Positions 1 through 10,079 of a stretch of DNA of 14,614 nt are shown here, one piece after another. The translations under genes were made by a program, and so were the position numbers. Each line of letters begins with the position of its first letter. Within the stretch, counting starts at the first letter, position 1. Below the pieces are notes generated by a model. That model was not told the DNA's origin, searched no databases, and saw only the letters and a list, made by a program, of their open reading frames with translations. Origin of the DNA: Octopus sinensis (Eukaryota); the NCBI RefSeq assembly GCF_006345805.1, contig NW_021825771.1, positions 1-14,614 of the forward strand. The letters run 5' to 3'.

Positions 1-664
1 CAACATCCACCACTGCAGTAACAGCAACAACAGCAACAATGGCAATAACAAGAAGATCTTTAGTAATGAGAGCTTGATGGTGTCAAAAGTTTAGTTCAAT
101 TAATTACATTAAATGAATGTAATTTTAAATATTCGACTGGTCATCACGTAGACCGAGAAAATTTACATTTGTTGGCTATTAATTGAATTGTTTTTCAACA
201 TGTTATTAATATTCTGTATTCTTCTCTTTGTTTCTTTGTTAATTACTAATTTCTGTCTAGATATTTAAATTCGTGTCTTTATTAAGCCATCGTAAAATGG
301 TGCTGGAATGGCACGAATTAAACAGCATCGAACTCTATGTATAGCAGTATGTAATTTTAATCCACTAGTTTCTTAGTTCGAATTCTATTAGCGTTGATTA
401 TTTCTCATTTCCATTCTTTTACAATCGGAAACGAAAGAAAAAATATCACTCCCTGCCAAGGTATGTAATTTTTTTTGTATATATCGCCTGACATCGAATG
501 GTTTCGACGGTGGCGGTGACGTTTTCAAGGGCGGCGGCGATGGCGATGGAGATTTGACTACGGCAGCGACTGTAGAGTTGGCGGGGGCTGCGATTTCGTA
601 TCCGGTTGGGGATTAATGGGCACTGCTCTTTGTCTTGGAAATCATCCAATGATTGTGAGATTGG

Positions 665-970
665 CACCATTTACTCTCCCTTGAAATTATTGCTATTCAA
701 CACAGGAAAATAAAAACTTATACTGATGAGAAGGTCCTGAGAGTCGACGTTCAGCAGAGAATAGCTTGTGTGTAGAAATTAATGTAGTTGTGATGGTTGG
801 ATACAGTATAGATGAAGACAGGATGAGAGACGATTGAGTAGAAAACGTCTAATTGAAAAGAATGTGAGACCAGACATTTCCAAAGAGTAGAAAGAGTTTT
901 AGTAGCCTCAGTAAAGAGAAAGAAAGGCGAAGCACGCTGACAGACCAGAGGCTGGAGTGATTCTCTAAGT
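665..970 (-). mobile_element. Highly decayed non-LTR retrotransposon 3' fragment (CR1/Jockey-group-like ORF2 C-terminus)
   Basis: Manual minus-strand translation with frameshifts and stops gives SLQPL...FFLF...SLEMSGL...NRLSSCLHLYCI...FK/GRVN. The order and spacing match my recollection of invertebrate CR1/Jockey-group C-termini; no alignment was run. Confidence 0.4.
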
Positions 971-973
971 GCC

Positions 974-1362
974 TGTTTCAGTCATTTGACTGCGGCCATG
1001 CTGGAGCACCGCCTTTTGTCGAGCAAATTGACCCCACGACTTAATCTTTGGAAGCCTAGTACTTGTTCTATCGGTTTCTTTTGCCGAACAGCTAAGTTAC
1101 GCGGACGTAAACACAACACCATCGGTTCTCAAGCGATGTTGGAGGGGACAAACACAGACGCACAGACACACACATATATATACACACGCACATATATATA
1201 TATACGACGGGCTTCTTTCAGTTTCCGTTTACCAATTCCACTTACAAGACTTTGGTCGGCCCGAGGTTATAGTAGAAGACACTTGCCCAAGGTGCCACGC
1301 AGTGGGACTGAACGTGGAACCATGTGGTTCGTAAGCAAGCTACTTACCACACAGCCACTCCT
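974..1362 (-). mobile_element. tRNA-derived SINE, type A (CORE-like; octopus OR1/OR2-like class), near full length
   Basis: Minus strand begins AGGAGTGGCTGTGTGGTAAG (A box), followed by GTTCAGTCCC (B-box-like), CCTTGGGCAAGT (CORE-like), an internal (TA/TG)n tract and the tail ...GCTCCAGCATGGCCGCAGTCAAATGACTGAAAC. Homologous to 5289-5690 and 9545-9880. Confidence 0.9.
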
Positions 1363-1555
1363 AAACATCTTGTACATATTGTATTTTGTCTTTGTAAAAT
1401 GCATGATTATCAAATTACAGAACACACACGTGAAGACGCAAAATACTAATATGGCGACCATTTCTCTTAAAGAGGTCGAATTTTCACTTCTCTTTATTTA
1501 AGATATTTTACCTTCATCACAGAAGTACATCTCATTTTAATGTTTACTTACGAGT

Positions 1556-1859
1556 TGTTGTTTGTTCCTTCACGAGCCACGCCTGGCTCATAGGGCCGGT
1601 TTCCCTGTTTCTTGGCGTATAGGTTCCCCACCTGGACGGGACGCCAGTCCGTCGCTGGTGATCTGCAAGATGCAGGAGGAAAGAGTGAGAGGAAGTTGTG
1701 GCGAAAGAGTCAGCAGAAGTTTGACATAACCTTCTGCTGGGGCCGCGTGGAGTTTAGGTGTTTCACTCATAAACACACACATCGCCCAGTCTGAGATTCT
1801 GACCCGCGATCCTTCGACCGCGAGTCCACTGCTCTAACCACTAGGCCATGTGCCTCCAC
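1556..1859 (-). mobile_element. tRNA-derived SINE, type B (middle X, tail T1)
   Basis: Head GTGGAGGCACATGGCCTAGTGGTTAGAGC (A box) on the minus strand and an (AAC)-like tail. Closely similar to the copy at 5953-6248. Confidence 0.9.
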
Positions 1860-1866
1860 AAGAACA

Positions 1867-2115
1867 TGTTCCTTCTCGATCCATGCCACGCTCATGAGGG
1901 CCGGTTTCCCGGTTTCAGTGGCGTAGAAATTCTCCTCCTGGACAGGACACCGGTCCGTCGCAGGATTATTCATTTTTTCCAGCTGAGTGGACTGGAGCAA
2001 CGTGAAAATAAAGTGTTTTGCTCAAGAACACAACACATCACGCGGTCCAGGAATCGAAAGCACAACCCTACGATCATGAGTTCAACACCCTAACCACTAA
2101 GCCACGCGCCTCCAC
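1867..2115 (-). mobile_element. tRNA-derived SINE, type C (middle Y, tail T1)
   Basis: Head GTGGAGGCGCGTGGCTTAGTGGTTAGG...TTCGATTCC (A and B boxes) and middle TGTTCTTGAGCAAAACAC...GCTCCAGTCCACTCAGCTG. The 3' ~100 bp is homologous to the type B tail, and the head plus middle recur at 10120-10244. Confidence 0.88.
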
Positions 2116-2189
2116 TTACTTATGAGTAGAAAGTAAATATTTAGAGTTCGAATTTAGAAACCATGAGTATTCTGTTAGTTTGCAATCAG

Positions 2190-2520
2190 TCTATTCATTT
2201 TCTCCCCGACTATTCCTGAGAGGATCGTGGAGATAAATACATCAGTTACCATCTCCATAGGATCCTATAAGAAGTAACTGTCATTATTTACTCTGGCTGG
2301 ATTTCGAAGCGTGACCGACTTAGACCAAGGATATTATCCAATCATCTTGCTCTTGGTCTATCCTTAGGTTTCCTACCGATTGGGTCGGCTTGAGAAATCC
2401 GTCTGGCGATTCTTTCACATGTCTGCGACGTTCTAAACGCATGTTCATAGTAACGGGACCGTAGCCTTTAAATGTAGCAATAAATAGAGATGAAGTTTGT
2501 CAGGACGACTTCTAACATAT
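2190..2520 (-). mobile_element. Decayed RTE-like LINE 3' fragment
   Basis: Minus strand reads RYYEHAFRTSQTCERIARRISQADPIGRKPKDRPRAR*LDNI...EIQPE*, then after a frameshift ...RILWRW*L..LSPR. This resembles the RTE C-terminal pattern LRW.GH..R....R.......G.RP.GRP...W.D...R..WR. Confidence 0.6.
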
Positions 2521-3770
2521 TGGTAAATATATCTTATTTTTTCTATCATTTTTGTTACTCTTTTTTGCGTATCTAATTTAGTGTGAGATGTATGAATATC
2601 GAACCGCTGATTTTATAATTGGAAATTTTTTGATAGTATTGAACTATATTTAACTCATTTGATTCTTTTTATTTTTTCTATATTAAATTCTTTGTAAACT
2701 TGAAAAAGTGTTGCAATGCTATGTAGCAGTGATGTAAATAGTACTTGTTTACTTGTTTTTTATTTTAGTATGTCAGACATAGTTAAAGAGTAGTATCGAT
2801 CACATTTGTAGGCTATTCTGGTTTAGTGAAACAAAATACATTTGGTGCTCAGTTACAATTTCTGTAGGCTGATATGTGTAAAAGACATAAAAAAGAAAGA
2901 AAAAAACTCTTCCAATATAAATGTTCAACTTGCTCATTTCTGTATCATTGAATCACTATATATAGATCTTTATACAATGGAAGATTTTTGAAAATGTATT
3001 TAGAATATTTCAGAATCAATGTGTGGCTTCTATATCTCGAGTTAAAATTAAGTAGAGTGAAAAATACCAGCATGACTCTGTTTCTTTACGACTGTAAAAC
3101 CAAAAATGACATCTGTTACATACAAAAAGGTATTAACATTGAAATATATTCATAAATGATTTCCATTAGGATCTAAAGAAACCCTAAATATCCATAGAAA
3201 CTGAGATGTCATTCGTAAAAAACACAAATTCAACAGTAGCACTTGCATATTGAGATTAATTGAAGGTGGATGTCATCCACCTCGCCAAATAATATATATC
3301 GAACAAGAGAGCATAATTTTGCCGCTAAACCTGTTAGAAATAACAAGCATTTTATACATACAACTGCAATCTAATTCCTTTAAATTATGAAGGGTATAAC
3401 TGCCTCGAATTTAAGTCAGATCAGTTGGAGTAGAAATGACTTTGAGTATTGATTTAAAATCAACTGTGACCTGAGTCTAAACTACAAGCAACAAATGAAT
3501 GTTACCTATCGGTTGTGGGTTGTAAAAACCTCTGGTGGAGGGGTTCACAAAGATAGCACTGCGACCTATGAGCTAATTTCAAAATTTTATAGGACTATAG
3601 TGTACTTATAATTATTCAAATATATAATCTTACAATTGAGACATGAAACTGAAAAAAAACGAGTTTTTAAGATAAGACTAGCGTATCAAGAAGTCGAGCA
3701 ATAAAAGCCCGAGGAGAATTAAATTAAATAAAATGTGGCCTTGGTAGCGGAAAAGTTAGATATCACAGCT

Positions 3771-4037
3771 TTATATATATATATATATAGATATATATAT
3801 TAATATAATATATATTTGTGTGTGTGTGTGTGTGTTGTGTGTGTGGTTATATATTTATATATATATATATATTTATTATTTTATATATTATATATGTTTA
3901 TATTATTTATATATATATATATATGTTTATATATTTATATATATATATATATATGTTTATATATATTTATATATATGCATATATATATATATATTGAGCA
4001 GAGGAGAGAAAGAGGGAGAGAAGGTGAGAGAGAGAGA
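3771..4037. repeat. Compound microsatellite (TA)n/(TG)n/(TA)n/(GA)n
   Basis: Directly visible; explains ORFs 3816..4097, 3820..4062 and 3935..4117. Confidence 0.95.
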
Positions 4038-4952
4038 CATTCATACACACGCACGCATATAATACAAGCACACATATACACTCGCACGAATATATAAATG
4101 TTGGAATTCTTCGACATATTAATACCACTTTATATTGCCGAGAGTTTTGTTTAGTTACCTGATCTTTGATGACTTCTCAATTTAGTTGCAAGTCTGACCG
4201 TTATATCTCAAAGTATTTTTACTGTACCTAATTTACAGACACCCCAAGTAGCACGCAGCTGTTCTTTTCATTTCAGTACAGTGAAACATAGAGAGAATAA
4301 AAGCAAACAAGAAATAGAAAGTACAGCTCTAGGATGAAATATAATTCTGTGATTCTGTTCTTGAGTGTATGTATATACGTGTGCATATATAATTTCATAT
4401 ACGTTTGTATGTATGTACGTACGTATGTGTGTACACGTAAGCATGTATATATAATTTAATGTATGTTTATATATACGTTGTAAGTACTTATGTGTATATA
4501 ATTTAATGAACGCTTTTATGTATGGAAGTAGATACGTATTCGTGTACATAGGTAAATTCATATTTCGGAAAATATCAAACAAAAATAGATAAAAATAACA
4601 CTCGAATCAATATTAGTATACTTAACACAATATGTTAGTGGAAATCCTAGCAACTCAGGTTTTACACGCTACTACTAAACAAATGGTCCTCATTCGTATA
4701 AACAAGTAAACGTTGTGTAATTAAGTACAATATTAATCTAATTTATTGTGCCAAACTAGAAGCCTAAACTTCGATATTTCACGTTTCGCTGCTAATTGTG
4801 TCGCATGCGGTCAAGGTGCTTCATGTCAATGACCTTACAATAACTTGTATTGCTGATGTCTATCGCTGCATTTATTCAGCCAATTATGTTTCCTTTTCGT
4901 TTTGGGATTTGGTTTGCAAGATTCTTTATATGAGTTCGTGTGTTGAAGCATT

Positions 4953-5113
4953 TTCTGTTGTATCTAGGGGGAGTCATTTTCTTTTTGCGCACTATAATGT
5001 AACGCACATAAATTTTAGGAAAATAAAAATAAGAAATAAGTGGAAATTTTACCGGTGCGTGTGTTACATTATAAGGCGCAAAAAGAAAATGACTCTCCCC
5101 AGGCACAACAGAA
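4953..5113. repeat. Inverted repeat with ~55-bp arms and ~50-bp spacer (MITE-like or inverted retroelement terminus)
   Basis: 4953-5007 TTCTGTTGTATCTAGGGGGAGTCATTTTCTTTTTGCGCACTATAATGTAACGCAC matches the reverse complement of ~5059-5113, TTCTGTTGTGCCTGGGGAGAGTCATTTTCTTTTTGCGCCTTATAATGTAACACAC. Confidence 0.9.
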
Positions 5114-5288
5114 TGTGTTTCCTTTAGAATCGCTGTTGTGAGACACTATGCCAGTGCGAACTGACTATAATGCCTGATGCTCTAGGTTGACGAAACGTAA
5201 TTTAAGCAACCATATAAGGTAAAACATCACATTCCTATGACATATCATCCAGAGTAAGATTCTGTTATTTAGGTGAGCAGACCGAATA

Positions 5289-5690
5289 GGCGTGGGAGTG
5301 GCTCTGTGGTAAGTAGCTTGCTTACCAACCACATGGTTCCAGGTTCAGTGTCACTGCGTGGCACCTGGGGCTGTTGTCTTCTACTCACAAAGCTTTGTGA
5401 GTGGATTTGGTAGACGTAAACTGAAAGCCCCTCGTATGTATGTATGTATGATGTATGTATGTATGTATGTATGTATGTATGTATGTGTGTCTGTGTTTGT
5501 CTTCCCAACATCGCTTGACAACCGATGCTGGTGTGTTTATGACCCCGTAAGTTAGCGGTTCGGCAAAAGAGAATGATAGAAAAAGTACAAGGTTTACAAA
5601 AAAATAAGTCCTGGGATCAATTTGCTCGACTAAAGGCGGTGCTCCAGCATGGCCGCAGTCAAATGACTAAAATAAGTAAAAGATTAAAAT
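5289..5690 (+). mobile_element. tRNA-derived SINE, type A, near full length
   Basis: GGCGTGGGAGTGGCTCTGTGGTAAG head, GGTTCAGTGTC, an internal (TATG)n tract and the same tail as 974-1362 in the opposite orientation; short internal deletion near 5385. Confidence 0.9.
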
Positions 5691-5952
5691 AGTTAAATTC
5701 GATTATCAGTCCGCTTTCTAAAGTTTTTTTTTAAATTTTCTTATTCAGCAGCAAACAGGTCGTTATTCTGAGTCCTGCGGATATTCTACGATGTTCCTGT
5801 TTATACTTCTCTGTTTGTATACCAGTGGTACAATGTTTCACCATCCTTTTTTTATTCCCAAAACTAACGACACCGCTATTTATATTTTAATTCTGCTAGT
5901 CCTTGAAACACTATCTTATATCCATAAAAGTTGTGGTGTTCAGTACATGCAT

Positions 5953-6248
5953 TGTTGTATGTTCTTTCTCGAGTCACACCTGGCTCGTAGGACCGGTTTC
6001 CGGTTTCCTTGGCGTATAGGTTCCCCACCTGGATGGGACGCCGATCCGTCGCAAGTGAGCTGCAAGATGCAGGAGGAAAGAGTGAGAGAAAGTTATGGCG
6101 AAAGAGTCAGCAGAAGTTCGCCATTACCTTCTGCCGGAGCCGCGTGGAGCTTAGGTGTTTCGCTCATAAACACACGCATCGCCCGGTCTGAGATTCGAAC
6201 AGGCGATCTCTCGACCGCTGCTCTAACCACTAGGCCATGTGCCTCCAC
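5953..6248 (-). mobile_element. tRNA-derived SINE, type B, with perfect 13-bp TSD
   Basis: Homologous to 1556-1859 and flanked by TCAGTACATGCAT at 5940-5952 and 6249-6261. It has a ~10-bp deletion in the anticodon-arm region relative to the other copy. Confidence 0.93.
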
Positions 6249-6334
6249 TCAGTACATGCATAGAGCTATGGTAATGTATATCATATAGATGTATATTTTA
6301 TTGCACTTATCTCTTACCCTACATAACTCTTATA

Positions 6335-6716
6335 CCACGGCACTGCGTCGGTTACGACGACGAGGGTTCCATTTGATCTAATCAATGGAACAGCTTGCTA
6401 GTGAAATTAACGTGCAAGTGTCTGAGCACTCCACAGACATGTGTACCCTTAACGCAGTTCTCGGAGGGAGTCAACGTGACACAGAGTGTAACAGGCTGGC
6501 CCTTTGGAATACAGGTACAACAGAAAAAGGAAGAAAGAGTGAGAGAAAGTTGTGTTGAAAGAGTAAAGCAGGGTTCGCTACCACACCCTGCTGGAGCTTC
6601 GTGGAGCCTTGAGTATTTTCGCTCAATATATACCCACAACGCTCAGTCTGGGAATCGAAACTACGATCCTATGACCGCGAATCCGCTGCCCTAACCACTG
6701 GGCCATTGCGCCTCCA
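6335..6716 (-). mobile_element. tRNA-derived SINE, type D (type-B-like head, middle X, different tail T2)
   Basis: Head TGGAGGCGCAATGGCCCAGTGGTTAGGG...TTCGATTCC. It shares GGAAGAAAGAGTGAGAGAAAGTTGTG..GAAAGAGT (plus-strand reading) with type B, but 6335-6520 is unrelated to tail T1. Possible decayed TSD: TAACTCTTATA (6324-6334) / TAACCCGTATA (6717-6727). Confidence 0.85.
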
Positions 6717-7494
6717 TAACCCGTATATGCACATATATAAGTACACATGTATATTTATGTAACTATGTATGCCAGAGTTCGTGTGTGATTGTGTGTATCT
6801 TTCGCCGGTATGTGAACTATAGCGAAGACACTAAAAAACAAGATGTTTTACAGTAAAAAATATCGTGTTGATATATACGTACTCCAAGCGAGTTTCACAG
6901 ACAATCTTCTGTCAATCTCTTGTCAGAAATGTAATGAAGCGGCGATTTGTCCGTTGAAAAAAAGATGACAAACTACGCTGTTATTCTGAAAATACTATAT
7001 AAAAAATATCTAAATATTTTTCATTTCTTATTTGAAAACAGAAACTTGATCAAATGAGACGTCACTAATTATTGCATTACTTAAACGCATTTTCTTTCTT
7101 CCTTTTTTTCAAACAAGCAGCATATTATTGGTTCCTTTTTTATGGTACAAAAGTTCTTTATATTAAACGGAGATAGGGAAATGATGATCAGGTTTTCTTA
7201 AGTACATTAATGGCGTAATTGAAGTAAACATGTATCAGCCAAAGGAACCCCCCTAGAAGATTTCTTTTTGCTTCGAAACTCCTGCTGATAACCGACAAAT
7301 AATCAAAGAGCTCTCCATAACAAAAATGTTATTGAGGAGATAGATCTCAAGGTTTTAATTTCGAATTGAAGTGTTTCTTCCCTTTTCGTTTCAGATATAT
7401 TTATAAATAACAGTGTCTACGAATAAGAGTACAAAACTTCAAACAACGCCCTCATAGTAATCCCAACAGAGAACATATTACACAAGTTCATGAG

Positions 7495-7556
7495 TGTGTG
7501 AGCGTGTTTGTATGTGGGTGTGTATACACACACGCACAATTGGATATATATATGTC

Positions 7557-7587
<31 letters not shown>

Positions 7588-7750
7588 ATATGTATGTATA
7601 TATATATGTATATATATATGTATGTATATATATATATGTATATATATATATATGTGTATATATATATGTCTATATAAATGTATATATATATATGTATATG
7701 TATATATGTATATGTATATATGTATATGTATATATGTATATATGTATATA
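7495..7750. repeat. Compound (TG)n/(TATG)n/(TA)n microsatellite
   Basis: Directly visible. Confidence 0.95.
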
Positions 7751-7781
7751 TGTTGCAAATAAACACATGCTTATCTATCTA

Positions 7782-7818
<37 letters not shown>

Positions 7819-8327
7819 CTATCTATCTATCTATCTATCTATCTGTCTGTCTGCCTGTCTATCTACCTATCTGTGTGTGTGTGTGTGTGTGTGTGTAACA
7901 AAAGTACGTATAGAGAAATTCAAATCTTTAATTCTAGAATTCACTTTGCATTTATTGATATCTGATTGTTGGATAAAGTTAACTAAATTTTATTTAAAAC
8001 AGTGATTTATTGATATCTGCCTGGATTTTTTAATCTCTTTCTCTCTCTCTCTCTCTCCCTCTCTCTTTCTCGTATATATGTATATATCTGTGTGTGTGTG
8101 TGTGCTTTGAATCTATGTCCACCACCTAACAGCAGGTTTTGGTGTACTTATGTCCCCGTAACTTAGCAGTTTTGAAAAAGTGGCAGATATAACAAATACT
8201 AGGCTTAAAAATAAGTTAAAGTCTTCAAGGCGTGCTGAAGCAAATAACTGAAACAAAGAGATAAATAAAGATAATATGTGGGAGTAGTTAGGAATCTAAA
8301 TCGTAGGAGACAGACACACAACTTTAG

Positions 8328-8363
<36 letters not shown>

Positions 8364-8660
8364 TATATATATATGATGTATATATTTTCCTCGGTAGAAA
8401 TTCCCATACGCAAATCTTAGCCGAGTATCCTGCAGTTATAAAGCTTCTAGCCTTGAAGTCGGTCTCACAATTGCCATGCATAAAATTGTTTTCCTTTGAG
8501 TAACCATTGTAAATTTCAGCCGATAAAGTAGTGAACAATTAAAAATAAATGTGTGTGTTTTGTGCGTTTGTGTGTGCATGTGTGTGTATATATATTATGT
8601 GTATATGTGTATGTATTTATATATATGTATTACATATATATACATGCATACACATATATA
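7744..8660 (+). repeat. Left arm of long inverted duplication
   Basis: 7744-8071 is the reverse complement of ~10583-10926, and ~8069-8660 is the reverse complement of ~9135-9743. It includes (TATC)n, (TG)n and (CT)n tracts and unique sequence. Confidence 0.97.
8072..8265 (+). mobile_element. 3' half of a type A SINE, within the left arm
   Basis: GGTGTACTTATGTCCCCGTAACTTAGCAGTTTTGAAAAAG...TAACTGAAACAAAGAG matches the type A 3' half; the tRNA head is absent in this arm. Confidence 0.8.
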
Positions 8661-8664
8661 TATC

Positions 8665-8715
<51 letters not shown>

Positions 8716-8780
8716 CATATATATACCTATATATATATATACATATATATATACATATATATATATACATATATATATAC

Positions 8781-8831
<51 letters not shown>

Positions 8832-9057
8832 CATATATATATAACATATATATATATAACATATATATACATATATATATATACAATATACACATATATT
8901 TTACACGTATATATATATACACACATATATATATACACGTAATATATACACACATATATATACACACATGATATATATGCATATATCTATATATATACAT
9001 ATATATACTATATATATACATATATATATAATACATATATATATATACATATATATG

Positions 9058-9088
<31 letters not shown>

Positions 9089-9140
9089 GTATATATATAT
9101 GTATATATATATGTATATATGTATATATATATATATATAT
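8660..9140. repeat. Long interrupted (TA)n microsatellite forming the palindrome centre
   Basis: Interruptions are mostly TACA up to ~9050 and TGTA from ~9055. Confidence 0.95.
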
Positions 9141-9425
9141 ATGTGTGTATGCATGTATATATATGTAATACATATATATAAATACATACACATATACACA
9201 TACATATATATACACACACATGCACACACAAACGCACAAACACACACACATTTATTTTTAATTGTTCACTACTTTATCGGCTGAAATTTACAATTGTTAC
9301 TCAAAGGAAAACAATTTTATGCATGGCAATTGTGAGACCGACTTCAAGGCTAGAAGCTTTATAACTGCAGGATACTCGGCTCAGATTTGCGTATGGGAAT
9401 TTCTACCGAGGAAAATATATACATC

Positions 9426-9469
<44 letters not shown>

Positions 9470-9743
9470 ATATATGAAACTAAAGTTGTGTGTCTGTCTC
9501 CTACGATTTAGATTCCTAACTACTCCCACATATATTCTTTTATTTATCTCTTTGTTTCAGTTATTTGCTTCAGCACGCCTTGAAGACTTTAACTTATTTT
9601 TAAGCCTAGTATTTGTTATATCTGCCACTTTTTCAAAACTGCTAAGTTACGGGGACATAAGTACACCAAAACCTGCTGTTAGGTGGTGGACATAGATTCA
9701 AAGCACACACACACACACACACAGATATATACATATAATCGAG
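9135..9743 (-). repeat. Right arm of inverted duplication, inner part
   Basis: Reverse complement of ~8069-8660; ORFs 8296..8538(-) and 9262..9468(+) are near-identical over their first ~55 aa. Confidence 0.97.
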
Positions 9744-9880
9744 GGGCGTCTCCCAGTTTCCCGCTACGAAACCCGCACACAAGGCTTTGGTCGGCCCGTA
9801 GTTATTGTAGAAGATACTTGCCCACGAAGTCGGAATGAACCCTGAACTATGATGTTGGCAAGCAAGCTTCCTACCACACC
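9545..9880 (-). mobile_element. Older, diverged type A SINE (complete in the right arm)
   Basis: Plus strand shows AAGGCTTTGGTCGGCCCG...TAGAAGATACTTGCCC...GCAAGCAAGCTTCCTACCACAC, colinear with 1245-1352. Confidence 0.82.
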
Positions 9881-9884
9881 CCTT

Positions 9885-9918
9885 GTATGTATGTATGTAT
9901 GTATGTATATATATATAA

Positions 9919-9960
<42 letters not shown>

Positions 9961-9962
9961 CA

Positions 9963-9994
<32 letters not shown>

Positions 9995-10039
9995 CATGTA
10001 TATATATATATATGTATATAATATATGTATATATATATA

Positions 10040-10079
<40 letters not shown>

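Noticed and set aside
370-445. Faint similarity to the type E SINE middle, plus a nearby AAG/GTATGT donor-like site at 460/461
   Set aside because: The similarity is too weak to call by eye, and no matching acceptor or exon is evident.
723-755. CTGATGAG...GTCGAC as a possible hammerhead
   Set aside because: There is no GAAA box or convincing stems, and it lies within a probable LINE remnant on the other strand.
1790-1859. tRNA-like sequences with A/B boxes (also ~2045-2115, ~6180-6248, ~6645-6716)
   Set aside because: They are SINE heads fused to SINE bodies, with no intact acceptor stem or cloverleaf.
986-2093. ORFs of 60-171 aa, with similar ones at 5269-6694
   Set aside because: They lie within SINE copies; the repeated peptides reflect SINE homology, not genes.
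3300-3495. Possible very old SINE remnant ending in CTAAACTACAAGCAACAA
   Set aside because: No second copy exists in the window and the promoter boxes are not recognisable.
5173-5197. CCTGATGCTCTAGGTTGACGAAACG as a possible hammerhead
   Set aside because: The core is CTGATGC, stem II is only 2 bp, and there is no NUH or stem I closure; too degenerate to support.
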